Source of the DNA: an uncultured cyanobacterium
GTDB lineage: Bacteria > Cyanobacteriota > Cyanobacteriia > CAKZMO01
NCBI GenBank assembly: GCA_963719515.1
Contig: CAVRCJ010000004.1
Location: 64,001 to 128,000, forward strand
Direction: 5' to 3'
Length of the DNA stretch: 64,000 nt
The position numbers and the translations under genes were made by a program. The notes beneath the pieces were generated by a model. That model was not told where the DNA came from, did not search any database, and saw only the letters and a program-made list of their open reading frames with translations. Shown here one piece after another: positions 54,254 through 64,000 of the stretch; positions within the stretch are counted from its first letter, which is position 1, and the number at the start of each line of letters is the position of its first letter.

Positions 54254-55714
54254 TTATTTCTTGGTAGCTGGTTTCGCGAGAAACCCCTGGGTAAAACTGA
54301 GTACTTGCCTGTAAAGATCGGGAGCCAGCAGAAATACGCTGCCGCCATAGACCAAACCGCCAGCAGTAATACTGGTGACTAGAACCTGACGAGGATCGCT
54401 CTGCTCCGGCCAAACCGATTTGACCGCAAAGATAGTCGCCACCATGATTCCGGCACTGAGCAAAGGCACGCCAAACTCTTTCAGGTAGTCCACAATTTTG
54501 ACCCGGATGAGCTTTTGAATTAACCAGAAGCCCAACGGTGCTGAGAGGTAGCTGCGTGCAACCAGGGCGATCGCCACCGCCAAAATGCCCCAGCGCACGG
54601 CAATAAAGAAGCAGAGGACGTTCATCACCGTATTAAATACGTTGATTTTGAGCTGCCAGTCAGGCTGTCCCATGGCCAGCATGATGGGACCGTTGAACTG
54701 AAATACCGTCCGCAGGATGCCTAAAAAGGCCAGCACCTGCATCACCGGAATGCTCGGGGCCCACTGCTCGCCAAACACGACGGGAACGAGCTCAGAGGCG
54801 ACGGCGGAGATCCCCAAAAATACGGGAAACGCGATCAGACTGGTGAGCCGGGTGGCCTGGCAAAAAGCCCGTCGCAGCCGCTCTGGGTCGTGCTGCAGCC
54901 GCGAGAAGGTGGGAAAGGCCACCTGGTTTGTCGTTTTAGCGAGCAGCGTCGTCAGCACGGTCAGCACGCGGTAGGCAATGGTGTAGTAGCCCAGCGCCGT
55001 CGGCCCGAGATAATAGCCCACCAGTAAATTGTCGGAATAGTTAGAAAGAAAGATGAGCCCATTCATGCCGACGACGTGAATGCCAAAGTTAAACAATTCC
55101 CGAAAGTGGGGCTTAGAGAGCCGCAGTCCCGGTCGCCAGTCGCTGACCATCCAAAGGACGGGAACTTCGACGATGCCGTTGGCGAGCTGATAGCCCACCA
55201 AACTCCAAACGCCAAAGCCCATCAGCGCCATTGCCACACCCACCGCCCCTCCTGCGGTAATCCCAATCAGGGCTCGCACGGCCAGGGGGCGAAAGGCCAT
55301 CTGCCGGGTAAGAATCGCGTTTTGAACGCTGTTGAGCGCCTTGAAGACAAAGTTGATGGACAGCAGGCGAATCACCCAAGTCAACTCTGGCTCATGGTAA
55401 AGGTGGGCAACGAGGCCTGCCGTGGCCCAGGTGAGCGCCATCAGCACCAGGCTGATGCCGATGCTAATCCAAAAGGCCGTGTCGAGGTGCTCTGGCTCTA
55501 GGTCTTGCCGCTGCACAATGGCGGAGGCGAAGCCTTGGTCAAGGAACACTCGCATAAAGGCGATAAAAACCCCCGACATGGCAATCAGGCCGAAGTCTTC
55601 GGGACCCAACAGTCGGGCCAGCAGAAGGAAGACGCTAAAGGAGATGACCTGGCTTCCCCAGCGCTGAACAAAGGACCAGGCGATACCTTTGGCGGCTTTC
55701 TGTTTTAGAGACAT
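54254..55714 (-). CDS. wzx: Polysaccharide flippase (Wzx / PST family)
   Basis: LARLLGPEDFG, SAIVQR, GFGVWSLV, DNLLVGYYLG..ALGYY; multiple transmembrane helices. Confidence 0.9.
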   Translation of the reverse strand: MSLKQKAAKGIAWSFVQRWGSQVISFSVFLLLARLLGPEDFGLIAMSGVFIAFMRVFLDQGFASAIVQRQDLEPEHLDTAFWISIGISLVLMALTWATAGLVAHLYHEPELTWVIRLLSINFVFKALNSVQNAILTRQMAFRPLAVRALIGITAGGAVGVAMALMGFGVWSLVGYQLANGIVEVPVLWMVSDWRPGLRLSKPHFRELFNFGIHVVGMNGLIFLSNYSDNLLVGYYLGPTALGYYTIAYRVLTVLTTLLAKTTNQVAFPTFSRLQHDPERLRRAFCQATRLTSLIAFPVFLGISAVASELVPVVFGEQWAPSIPVMQVLAFLGILRTVFQFNGPIMLAMGQPDWQLKINVFNTVMNVLCFFIAVRWGILAVAIALVARSYLSAPLGFWLIQKLIRVKIVDYLKEFGVPLLSAGIMVATIFAVKSVWPEQSDPRQVLVTSITAGGLVYGGSVFLLAPDLYRQVLSFTQGFLAKPATKK

Positions 55715-55773
55715 GGCTGTCAAATAGGTGAAATTTTAGTTGCGATAGGGCATTCAGCCGTTGGAGTTGCCCG

Positions 55774-56152
55774 CGGGGACAGGGCACTGATGTGTGTTTA
55801 ACGTTCTGGTAGACCCCCTCTAGCTCCCCTACGCCCTGCGGGCAGGCTAACGCCAAAGCTCAAGGGGGAGAACTGCACTTCCCCCCTTACCAAGCTACGG
55901 TGTACACACGAGTCGGTCTGACCCCCTCTAGCTTCCCTACGCCCTGCGGGCAGGCTAACGCCAAAGCTCAAGGGGGAGAATTGCCCTTTCCCCCCTTAGT
56001 AAGGGGGGATTAAGGGGGGTAATGCAGCATTTAGGCTTCTCAACAAAGATGTGTGTACACGGTAGCCTTATCAAGGGGGGAATTAAGGGGGGTAAAACCA
56101 AAGCGTGTCGCCTTTTCCAGAGTCGCTAAACACGTGCCTGCCATGTCCCTAC
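55774..56152. repeat. Nested REP > MITE > MITE / short dispersed repeat cluster
   Basis: Outer inverted repeats at 55794 and 56133, inner inverted repeats GCTAC(G/C)GTGTACACAC at 55894 and 56066, and a 60 bp direct repeat at 55813 and 55921. Confidence 0.8.
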
Positions 56153-57264
56153 TACACCGCCACGTCTTGATATAGCCGCGAATAATTCTTGGCCACCGAC
56201 TGGGGATGGAAATGGGTCTCGGCAAACAGCTGTCCCTGCTGAGACCAGTGCTGCAGCTGCTCGGAGTCATTGAGCAGCGACGTCAGCCGGGCGGCGGCAG
56301 CATCGGCGTCGGGCGGCAGCACCAGCCCCAAATCGTGCTGCTCAAACAGCTCGGCAAAGTTAATTGTCTCCGCCACCGCGCAGGGCGTCCCCAGATACAT
56401 GGCCTCCGCAATAGAAATGCCAAACACCTCCCAGCGGGCGGGCTGAATGTAGAGGCTGGCCTCTGCCAGCACCCGAAACTTGTCGGGGCCGTACACCGGG
56501 CGATGGAACTGTACGTTGGCGGGTAAGTCTTGCTTAAGTTCGTCCAGCCAGGCCTTAGTCTTGGCGTCTTCGGTGCCGTAGAGATGAAACTCGACCTCGG
56601 GGGCAAAGCGAGCGATCGCCACCAGCAGGTCGATGCCTTTATGCAGCACGTCGAATCGCCCCAGGTATACCACCCGCTTTGCCTCTGGGCCCTGCCAGCG
56701 CTGGCCCTGAAGGCTTTCGATATCAACCGGGTTAGGCATCCAGCGGACGATGCCGCCGTAGCTGGGGACAAACGCCCGCACGGGCCGCTCTTCTCCAGGG
56801 GTAACCACAGCGATCGCCGCAGCGTTGTGAAAGCGCGGCCTTTCCAGCACCCAGCTGTAGAACAGCTTTTGCCAGTAGCCCCGCTTTAGCACCTCGGGCA
56901 GCAGCCCCCCGGCGGGCTTAATCACGTAGGGAACGTTGTGCTGGCGGAACTGCCGCGCCAGCATGGCCTGCCGCATCTGAAAGACAGAGTGCATATGGGC
57001 CACGTCGGGCGGGTTCTGCCGCAGCCGCTGGGCGACTGCCTGGGGATCATACCGCCAGGTGTTGGGCAAGTGCAGCAGCTCAAAGCCGCCAGCTTTCGCG
57101 GCCTGCTCCCCCGCTTGGTCCGGGGGAGAATGGACCACAAAGGTGACCTGATGGCCCAGCTTAGCCTGCTCGCGGGCCATCACCCAGGCCGACATATTGA
57201 GGCCACTGACCCGCTTGGGGGAGGCCGATGCGCCGACGTGCCAAATCTTCATGGCGATCTCCAA
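56152..57264 (-). CDS. Glycosyltransferase family 4
   Basis: MPNPVD, YLGRFDVLHKGID, WEVFGISIAEAMYLG. Confidence 0.92.
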   Translation of the reverse strand: MEIAMKIWHVGASASPKRVSGLNMSAWVMAREQAKLGHQVTFVVHSPPDQAGEQAAKAGGFELLHLPNTWRYDPQAVAQRLRQNPPDVAHMHSVFQMRQAMLARQFRQHNVPYVIKPAGGLLPEVLKRGYWQKLFYSWVLERPRFHNAAAIAVVTPGEERPVRAFVPSYGGIVRWMPNPVDIESLQGQRWQGPEAKRVVYLGRFDVLHKGIDLLVAIARFAPEVEFHLYGTEDAKTKAWLDELKQDLPANVQFHRPVYGPDKFRVLAEASLYIQPARWEVFGISIAEAMYLGTPCAVAETINFAELFEQHDLGLVLPPDADAAAARLTSLLNDSEQLQHWSQQGQLFAETHFHPQSVAKNYSRLYQDVAV

Positions 57265-57314
57265 TGATTAACGATCTCGGTTGGGGTAAATGGCCGTTTA
57301 CCCATACGGCGGGG

Positions 57315-58472
57315 TTACGCTACGGCAAGCTGCTGGGCGCGGGTTTGGGCGAAGGACGTCACGATGATGCGGTTCTGCAGCGCCTGGGCGCGTATGTTGT
57401 GCCAAGCCTCGTCCTTGATGTCGGGCGGGCTGCAGGCTGCCTGAACCGCTTGATCAGTCTTTTGGGCCGCTAGCTCTGGCGTCAGGTTTTCCAGCAGCGT
57501 GCACTGCTGCGATCGCTCGATTTGCTCGTAGAAGCGGGCGACCTTGGCGTGGACCGCGTAGGACTCGGCGTAGACCCCCATGGCGTAGGCCACGATCGCC
57601 ACGTGCAGCTTGGTGGTCATCACGGCGGAGAGCCGAGAAATGAGGGCGACGGTTTGCCAAGTGCCCTGAAACGGCACCGTCAGGCAGGGGCCTTTGGTGC
57701 GCGATTGAATCAGTCCGGCCAAGCGATCGCAGGGCTCAGACGATTTGCTGCCCCCATCGTCGGCCAGCACCACCGGCACCACCTGGGGGTTGGCCGCCAG
57801 GGTCTCTAAAAGACTGTTGCGCAGGGCCTCCGCTTGGGGCGTGTCGGCCAAGATATAGCGGGGGTGGTGGATGCCCAGCAGGGGGCGATCGCCGTAGGGA
57901 GACAGGCGCTGCTCCACAGATGCGATCGCCTTTTCCGGGATGTCCTCCCGCGTCAGGGTGAGGGCGGCATCGGGGACCATGGCAACGGTGTCGATGCCGA
58001 GCTGCTCGCGCACAAAGGTTTCAGAGGCCTGGTCTCGCACTGAAACCGCGGTGGCGTTGGCAAAGATGCGCTGCACCTCTTTCCGCACCAAAAGGTTAGA
58101 CAGGGGACCGACGCCGACCCCGGCAATTAGGTAGGGCACCTGGTGACGCATACACAGCTCGGCGGGCCACACGTGCCGCAGGAAAAAGCGCAGGCTCCAG
58201 CTGCGGTAGCCTTGGTAGCCCTTACGGGAGCTGATGTTGGGCTCGCCAAAATGACCGCCGCCAGCGTAAATCAGGCCTTGCCACTGCTGAGGGTTCTGGG
58301 TCCCAAACTGAGCCTCCGGAAAAAATCGCCCAAACCGGGACTGCTCCCCCTCTGGCACTAGGGGATAGACTACAGGCGACGGCGCGGAAGCGCGCAGCCA
58401 GGTCTCGAAAATTTTCATCAGCAGCAGGTCGCCGAAGTTGTTGTCGTAGTAAGCGCCGTGAATTGCAAACAT
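57315..58472 (-). CDS. Polysaccharide pyruvyl transferase family protein
   Basis: GAYYDNNFGDLLL, YAGGG, GVGVGP, SVRDQAS, PDAA, TTKLHVAI. Start placed at MFAIH. Confidence 0.88.
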   Translation of the reverse strand: MFAIHGAYYDNNFGDLLLMKIFETWLRASAPSPVVYPLVPEGEQSRFGRFFPEAQFGTQNPQQWQGLIYAGGGHFGEPNISSRKGYQGYRSWSLRFFLRHVWPAELCMRHQVPYLIAGVGVGPLSNLLVRKEVQRIFANATAVSVRDQASETFVREQLGIDTVAMVPDAALTLTREDIPEKAIASVEQRLSPYGDRPLLGIHHPRYILADTPQAEALRNSLLETLAANPQVVPVVLADDGGSKSSEPCDRLAGLIQSRTKGPCLTVPFQGTWQTVALISRLSAVMTTKLHVAIVAYAMGVYAESYAVHAKVARFYEQIERSQQCTLLENLTPELAAQKTDQAVQAACSPPDIKDEAWHNIRAQALQNRIIVTSFAQTRAQQLAVA

Positions 58473-58587
58473 AGTAAAAATAGGTCGATATTGGACTAGC
58501 GGATTAATTGGGGGAAGGGCCAGGGATGGGGGCCTCCGGGACGCTAAACCATGGCACTGCCATGTCCCTACAACCGGGTTGACATCC

Positions 58588-59875
58588 CTACCCGGCGGTT
58601 TCAGGGTTGGCGATCGCCATAGACTTTGAGGCGATATCCCCGACGACGACCGGCTTCGAGGCCACCAGCGTCTGGTAAAACTGCGACATCCGCCGCACCT
58701 TCTTGGGCCAGGTCTGCGTTTTAGCGTAGGCAAACCCCGCCCTCCCCATGGCCGCACGAGCTTCTGGGTCGCGGTGGAGACGCTCAATGGCCTGGGTCAG
58801 CCCTTGTCGAGTCTCAGCGGGCTCGGTGACCGCCACCTTTACTCCCGCCGCTGCCGGAACGTGGTCTCCCGCGCCCTGATGGTCGAGGATCACTACGGGC
58901 AGCGCCTGGGCCATGGCCTCCAGCAGCTGCGCCCCGCCGGTATCCCGCAGGCTGGTGAACAGCATGGCGTCGTGCTCCAGGTATTGGGCCTTCACCGCAT
59001 CCCAAGTCAGAAAGCCAACGCAGGTTACCTTGTCCGTCAGGCCCAGCTCTTCTAGCCACTGGGGCAGCAGCGTCTCCTGGGCTGCCGCCCCCGGCAATGG
59101 TCAGCCGCACCGGCACCGCTGGGTCCACGTCGGCGATCGCCTCTAGAGCCAGCCGCAGGGCCTTGCGGGGAAACATGCGGGCCACCCAAAGCAGCCGCAG
59201 CTCATCGGCAGGCTCTCTTACTGGAGGCTCCGCCGGGAAGTAGTCCTCGGGCAGTCCGGCGTCGAAAAACAGCTCGGCTCGCTTAGCCCCTAGCCGCTGC
59301 ACCAGGCCAACGCTGTCGCGATTGGCCGCCAGCACTAGGTCGGCGTGGCCAAAGGTGTTGCGCAGCCAGGGGTGTAGCGGAATCAGACGGTTGACGATGA
59401 AATTGCGGCAGGCCTCGGTCCACCAGGCGTCGTAGAAGTACTGCTTGAAGGCCGCTGGCGCGGTCTGGCCGCCGCCCGCCGGACCGAAGACGAAGGGCTT
59501 TTTGAGCTGCCACAGCCACGAGCCTCCGGTGAGGCTGCCCATGGTCACATGGTGCACCACGTCAAAGTTATGGGCGTCATCTAGGGCTTGGGCCACGCTC
59601 CGGGCTTTCCACTGCCACAGGAAGTAGCGCAAAATGGTGCCTTTCTTGTCTGTGAGGTGCTTGCGAATTAGCTCAGAGTCGGCGATGTAGACAAAGGTGA
59701 GGGCGGGCAGCGATAGGGTGGCCAGCACAGGCTCAATCAACGCCTTGTTTTTGGTGGGGGTGAGCACCCAAACGTGATGGCCCAGCTTGGCAAGCTCTAG
59801 GGCGCAGTTCCAGCCGCGCCCCTGTTCGCGCCCTCGGTTGGGTTCGCACTCGTAGGCAGAGAGCAAAATGTTCAT
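58588..59875 (-). pseudogene. Glycosyltransferase family 4 split by a +1 frameshift (pseudogene or sequencing error)
   Basis: The N-terminal part (SAYECEPNRGRE...IAGGG) continues in another frame as QETLL...FTSLRDTGGAQLLEAMA. Break at about 59079-59081. Confidence 0.8.
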
Positions 59876-59902
59876 AGTTGTCTTAATATCTGGAATCTAA
59901 AT

Positions 59903-60988
59903 CTAAAACTGGTTGATCAGGTCAATGACCGCCCCTAAAGGCCGCAGCACCCGGCCCGCAAAGTCGAGAATGGAGAAGGTGTTGCCCTTCGGCACAAACA
60001 CCACGTCGCCCTCCTGCACCTGGTACTCGTCAATTAAGTTGCGCAGGTCAATTTGCTCTCGCTGGATGGTGCCGCTCTCCGACAGACGCACCAGCTCGAC
60101 GCGGCGCAGGTTAGCGTCTTCTGTGGGCCCGCCCGCCGTAGCCACCGCACTCGAAATTGAGCTGTCGGGGGTTACCGCTATCTCTCCCGGTAGGGTGACC
60201 TCCCCGACGACGCGCACCTGCACCGTGTCGGGGGAGAGCCGAGAGCGGGCTAGCACCCGCCGGTCAAGGCGATCGCCGCTGGTGTTGCGGGGCACAAACA
60301 CCGCGTCCCCGTCCTGCAAAATTGGGTCTTGGGGCGTCGCCTCTGACCAGATGGCGTCCCACAGGTTAACGCTGATGGTCTGCGCCTCCCCGCTGCTGCC
60401 GGTGCGCTGCACCTGAATCTCGCGGATATCGGCCAGACTTGTCACTCCTCCAGCCTCCATCAGGGCGGAGCTAAGGGTGGGCATCGCCTCTAGGGCCGCG
60501 CCTGGGGTGCCGCGATTGGCGGATGTGGCCGTGGTCAGTCCCCGCAGCTCCACCGGACCCGGGCGCTGCACCTCTCCGGCAACCGTAACCACCACAGGGC
60601 GCAGGGTGGCCAAGCTAACGGTCACGGCGGGCTCCACCACCAGCGCGCTGAGCTGCGTTGTCAGGCTGCTCGTCAGGCTGCTGAGGGTCTGCCCCTCCAC
60701 CTGCACCTGCCCCACCAGCGGCAGGGTAATGGTGCCGTCTGGCAGCACTACCTTGGGGCCGGTGTACTCCTCGTAGCCGTAGACGGTAATTTCGATCTGG
60801 TCCCCTGGGCCGAGCTGGTAGTTGGGGTCTAGCGCTGCGGGCGGTAGGGCTGGGCCTTGGGTGGCTGCGCCCTGGGTCGATATCGCGGGCAGCGGCAGCG
60901 ATTCAACAGCCTTACTGGACGGAGCTGAGCTAGCCAGCAGGATAAGGGCGATCGCGGTGGAGTGAGGTAGCCGGAGAAATACTGGCAT
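59903..60988 (-). CDS. wza: Polysaccharide export protein (Wza/OPX, SLBB domains)
   Basis: YQLGPGDQIEITV, PDGTITLPLVG, VAGEVQRPG, LQDGDAVFVP. Confidence 0.9.
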   Translation of the reverse strand: MPVFLRLPHSTAIALILLASSAPSSKAVESLPLPAISTQGAATQGPALPPAALDPNYQLGPGDQIEITVYGYEEYTGPKVVLPDGTITLPLVGQVQVEGQTLSSLTSSLTTQLSALVVEPAVTVSLATLRPVVVTVAGEVQRPGPVELRGLTTATSANRGTPGAALEAMPTLSSALMEAGGVTSLADIREIQVQRTGSSGEAQTISVNLWDAIWSEATPQDPILQDGDAVFVPRNTSGDRLDRRVLARSRLSPDTVQVRVVGEVTLPGEIAVTPDSSISSAVATAGGPTEDANLRRVELVRLSESGTIQREQIDLRNLIDEYQVQEGDVVFVPKGNTFSILDFAGRVLRPLGAVIDLINQF

Positions 60989-61137
60989 AGAACTCCTATA
61001 GAAATAAGGGTGGGGTGGGGACGGTACTGTCGGAGGTGAATGAGGGACTGTCCGCGCAGGCGCTAGATCGCGATATAGATTGCGGCGAACCCTGCGCGGC
61101 AGACCCTATTTGGTAGAACCCTGCAGTGACGCTGAGC

Positions 61138-63360
61138 TTAAGCGCCAGTAGTCACGCCAGTAGTCGCGCCAGTGGTCACGGCTGCAGGCACGACCTCGAC
61201 AGGAGGCTCAGCAATCCGGTCTCCATCCTGGAAGTAGTAGTAGCTGTCGGGCTCTTCGGCCACCAGCACGTGGTTGGCGACAAGGCCGAGAACGGTCTGC
61301 CTAGAGCGCTCCAGAAAGTCCTTTGCCTGAGTGGCTTGGGCCTGGGTCGCCTCTCCGGGGCGCACCACCATCAGTAATCCATCCGTCAGCTTGCTCAAGG
61401 TGAGGGTGTCAGCGGCGCCCAGCAGCGCTGGGGTATCAAACAAAATCAGGTCGTAGTCGTAGCGATGCCTACAGCTCTCTACGAGGTGAGCCATCCCCTT
61501 AGAGCCTAAGAGCGCTAGCGTATTGGGCGGCGTCACCCCTGCCGTCAGTACATCGAGATTGGGCACAGTCGTCTGCACAGCCTGATGAAAGCTTGATTGC
61601 CGGACAATGACGTTGCTGAGCCCAGTGGTGTTGTTCAACTCCCAAAAATGATGCTGCATGGGCTGATGGAAGTTGGCATCAACGAGAAGGACTCGCTGTC
61701 CCCGCAGGGCCGCCGCCGCCGCAAGGTTGGCTACAACCTCCGACTTTCCTTCCCCCGCCACGGCGCTGCTGACGGCCACCGCCCGAATCACCCCGTCAGG
61801 GTTGGCAAACTCTAGGTTGGCTTGCAGCATCTGGTAGGCGCTGCTCAAAGGAGACTGGGGCGCAGCCAGCACCACGATGCGATCGCGGTTGGGCCGGTCG
61901 ACGACGGGGCTGGGGCTGCGGAAGGCGGGAATTACCCCCAAGACGGGCTGGTCGTAGAGTACTTGGGCCGCCCTGATGGTCTTCACCGAGCCGTCGGCTA
62001 GATCTCGCAGGAAGGCCGCGGCGATCGCCATCAGCAGTCCGGCAATTATGCCCGCCGCCATATTGATTTTTTTGCTAGGCGCGACGGGGCTGCCGGGCGC
62101 GGTCGCCGCTGAAATCACCTGGGCGTTGCCGATGGTCTGATTTTCGGCCACCTGCACCTCTTGCAGCTGGGCTAAGAGGGTCTCGTAGGTCTGCTGCGCA
62201 GCGTTCAACTGCCGCTCTAGCTCCCGCTGGGTTTCCTCCAAACGAGGTAGAGACTGCGATCGCGCCTGCGACTCTCGCTGGGCCGCTTGAAGCTGCTCTA
62301 AACGCTGGGTCAACCCCAGTCGCTCTACTTCAGTCTGCACGAGGTCAGAAATCAGGCCTTGCTCAAGCTCTCCGAGCTGCAGGTTGTCTAGAGAGACAGA
62401 CTGATTGGAGCCCAACATCTCTTGGACTCGCTCCCGCAGCAGCGCGATTAAGGAGGCTTCTTGGCGCTGGAGTCCCGCGACCTCGGGATGTTCCGCCCGA
62501 TAGCGCGTTCGCTGAACCGCCAGCTCACCCTGCACCTGCTGCAGCTGCAGCAGGGCCTCTTGTACGCCCTGGGACTGACTGAGGGCGCTCATGGCCACGG
62601 CAACCTCAGAGTCCATCCCGACGCGATCGCGCAGGGTCGACGCTTTTTGGGTGATATCGGCGAGCTGCGACTTGACTTGGGTAATCGTCTGCTCCAAGGT
62701 CGACAGCCTACTCACTGTGGCCGTAGCTTCTTCCTGCAGCACCACAATGTTGTTTGCTTCCTTAAACTGCCTTAGCTCTGCCTCAGCTTGGCTTACGGCC
62801 TGCTCCGTCCCCGGCAGCTCCGCTAAAATAAACTCTCGCGCCGCAGCCGTCGCCGCCCGATTCATCAGAACGTTTTTCTCTCGATACACTTCGATGAGGC
62901 CGTTGACCACCGCCGCCGCCAGGATTGGATCGGGAGAGCGATAGGATAGCTGCAGCACGTCTGAGCCGGGAACAGGCCGCACCGAGAGCTCAGATGTAAT
63001 CTTTCCTGGAGAAATAGGTTCCCCGTCTTCGGTACGGATGTCGAGGGCGTCAATGGTTGCTTGGGCAACGGCGGGCGATTTGATAATTTCTGCTTGGGTC
63101 GTCAGGGGCTCGCTTTTGGCGCTGACGCTGTCTAGCTCGCCACGCTTGTTTTGACTCTCTAGCCCCGTCAGTGATGAGCTTTGGTCACTTTGAAAGAGTA
63201 GCTTTGCTTGGGCTTCGTATACAGGTTCCTGCAGCGCTGTTGCGATCGTCGCCGCAATAACAGAGAGGCCAAATACGCTTGAGGCCACAAACCAGCGGCG
63301 CTTCAAGGTTAGCCAATACTTGCTGAGGTCAATATCTTCTGAATAGGTTTTGAGATCCAT
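61138..63360 (-). CDS. wzc: Polysaccharide co-polymerase / tyrosine autokinase (Wzc/GumC)
   Basis: Two transmembrane segments, coiled coil, GEGKS Walker A, LLVDAN, LFDTP and C-terminal SYYY. Start placed at MDLK. Confidence 0.92.
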   Translation of the reverse strand: MDLKTYSEDIDLSKYWLTLKRRWFVASSVFGLSVIAATIATALQEPVYEAQAKLLFQSDQSSSLTGLESQNKRGELDSVSAKSEPLTTQAEIIKSPAVAQATIDALDIRTEDGEPISPGKITSELSVRPVPGSDVLQLSYRSPDPILAAAVVNGLIEVYREKNVLMNRAATAAAREFILAELPGTEQAVSQAEAELRQFKEANNIVVLQEEATATVSRLSTLEQTITQVKSQLADITQKASTLRDRVGMDSEVAVAMSALSQSQGVQEALLQLQQVQGELAVQRTRYRAEHPEVAGLQRQEASLIALLRERVQEMLGSNQSVSLDNLQLGELEQGLISDLVQTEVERLGLTQRLEQLQAAQRESQARSQSLPRLEETQRELERQLNAAQQTYETLLAQLQEVQVAENQTIGNAQVISAATAPGSPVAPSKKINMAAGIIAGLLMAIAAAFLRDLADGSVKTIRAAQVLYDQPVLGVIPAFRSPSPVVDRPNRDRIVVLAAPQSPLSSAYQMLQANLEFANPDGVIRAVAVSSAVAGEGKSEVVANLAAAAALRGQRVLLVDANFHQPMQHHFWELNNTTGLSNVIVRQSSFHQAVQTTVPNLDVLTAGVTPPNTLALLGSKGMAHLVESCRHRYDYDLILFDTPALLGAADTLTLSKLTDGLLMVVRPGEATQAQATQAKDFLERSRQTVLGLVANHVLVAEEPDSYYYFQDGDRIAEPPVEVVPAAVTTGATTGVTTGA

Positions 63361-63593
63361 AGGGTTAAGAAATGCGGCACGCACTCAGCTAAACCGGCAA
63401 TGCAGCGGTAAATGTACCCTAGGCCGTAGAAACGGTTGACTTACGATAGAGGTTATGCATGTGCTTTGCTTATGGGACGCTGAGGCCTCGGTAAAGTTCC
63501 GTACCTGCCCTTGCTAATGCTGTCTTGTATGTGACCTGGTTTCGTCCGGATGCTCCCAGAAAAGCCCGAATATCAGCGATATGGCTAAACGGC

Positions 63594-63776
63594 CTAAGCA
63601 TCAGAGGACCGATGCGATCGCCTACTAACGATAGGCATTATCTGCATGCCGGTTACGAGCAAGCCAATCAGTCCAGATCCCACCAGCAAGACATGGACTG
63701 GCTTTAGCGCTGATCCCAGATATGTTGTCGCCGTGAGTAGTAGGGACAGCAGGATTGACGCGCTTTTGCGGCGCAA
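63594..63776 (-). CDS. Possible small membrane protein
   Basis: 60 aa with two hydrophobic segments, on the same strand as the EPS cluster. Confidence 0.3.
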   Translation of the reverse strand: MRRKSASILLSLLLTATTYLGSALKPVHVLLVGSGLIGLLVTGMQIMPIVSRRSHRSSDA

Positions 63777-64000
63777 TATACGAAACCGTATTATTCAGTT
63801 TTCCTTAAAAGGGTTGTGGTCGGCAGCAGGTGATAGAGCACCCCTAAACCTCAATCCACTGCCGCAGTAAGTTGGCGTGGGTTTTACTGAGCAAATCAAA
63901 TTCGAGTGTTTTGCCGTACTTCTCGAAGATAGAGCGGCGAGCGGTATCTAAATCGAACAGCAGTTCGCGCTGCTGGGCGTTGCGCAACAGACTTTGCACC

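Noticed and set aside
55813..55980. Two 60 bp direct repeats as a possible CRISPR array
   Set aside because: Only two units, too long for CRISPR repeats, embedded in MITE-like inverted repeats, and no cas genes in the window.

Overview
Cyanobacterial chromosomal DNA (abundant HIP1 GCGATCGC, hpnH, miaE, pentapeptide and DUF1400 proteins). The left half is mostly housekeeping: nanE, prolyl oligopeptidase, hpnH, a small glycosyltransferase cluster, ligA, miaE, menH and lgt. The middle (23-39 kb) is an accessory region with a Dpp/Opp-type ABC transporter and a phosphite-type ptxABC transporter lacking ptxD. It also holds an AT-rich pentapeptide-repeat/TIR-like gene followed by an integron attC-like site, and five related non-coding IS200/IS605-derived elements. 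The three complete elements keep TnpA-type end hairpins, a TTTAG target motif, a -10 promoter and a TCAC right end, but have no ORF; two of them also carry a tnpB-tail (omegaRNA-like) segment. The right half (39.7-63.4 kb) is a Wzx/Wzy-type EPS cluster with a sulfotransferase, a pyruvyl transferase, a TagA-WcaJ fusion, two frameshifted glycosyltransferases and nested REP/MITE repeats. A degenerate adenylate kinase-thioredoxin fusion lies at 1.3-2.2 kb. No rRNA, tRNA or CRISPR array was recognised. All calls were made by eye, without database searches.
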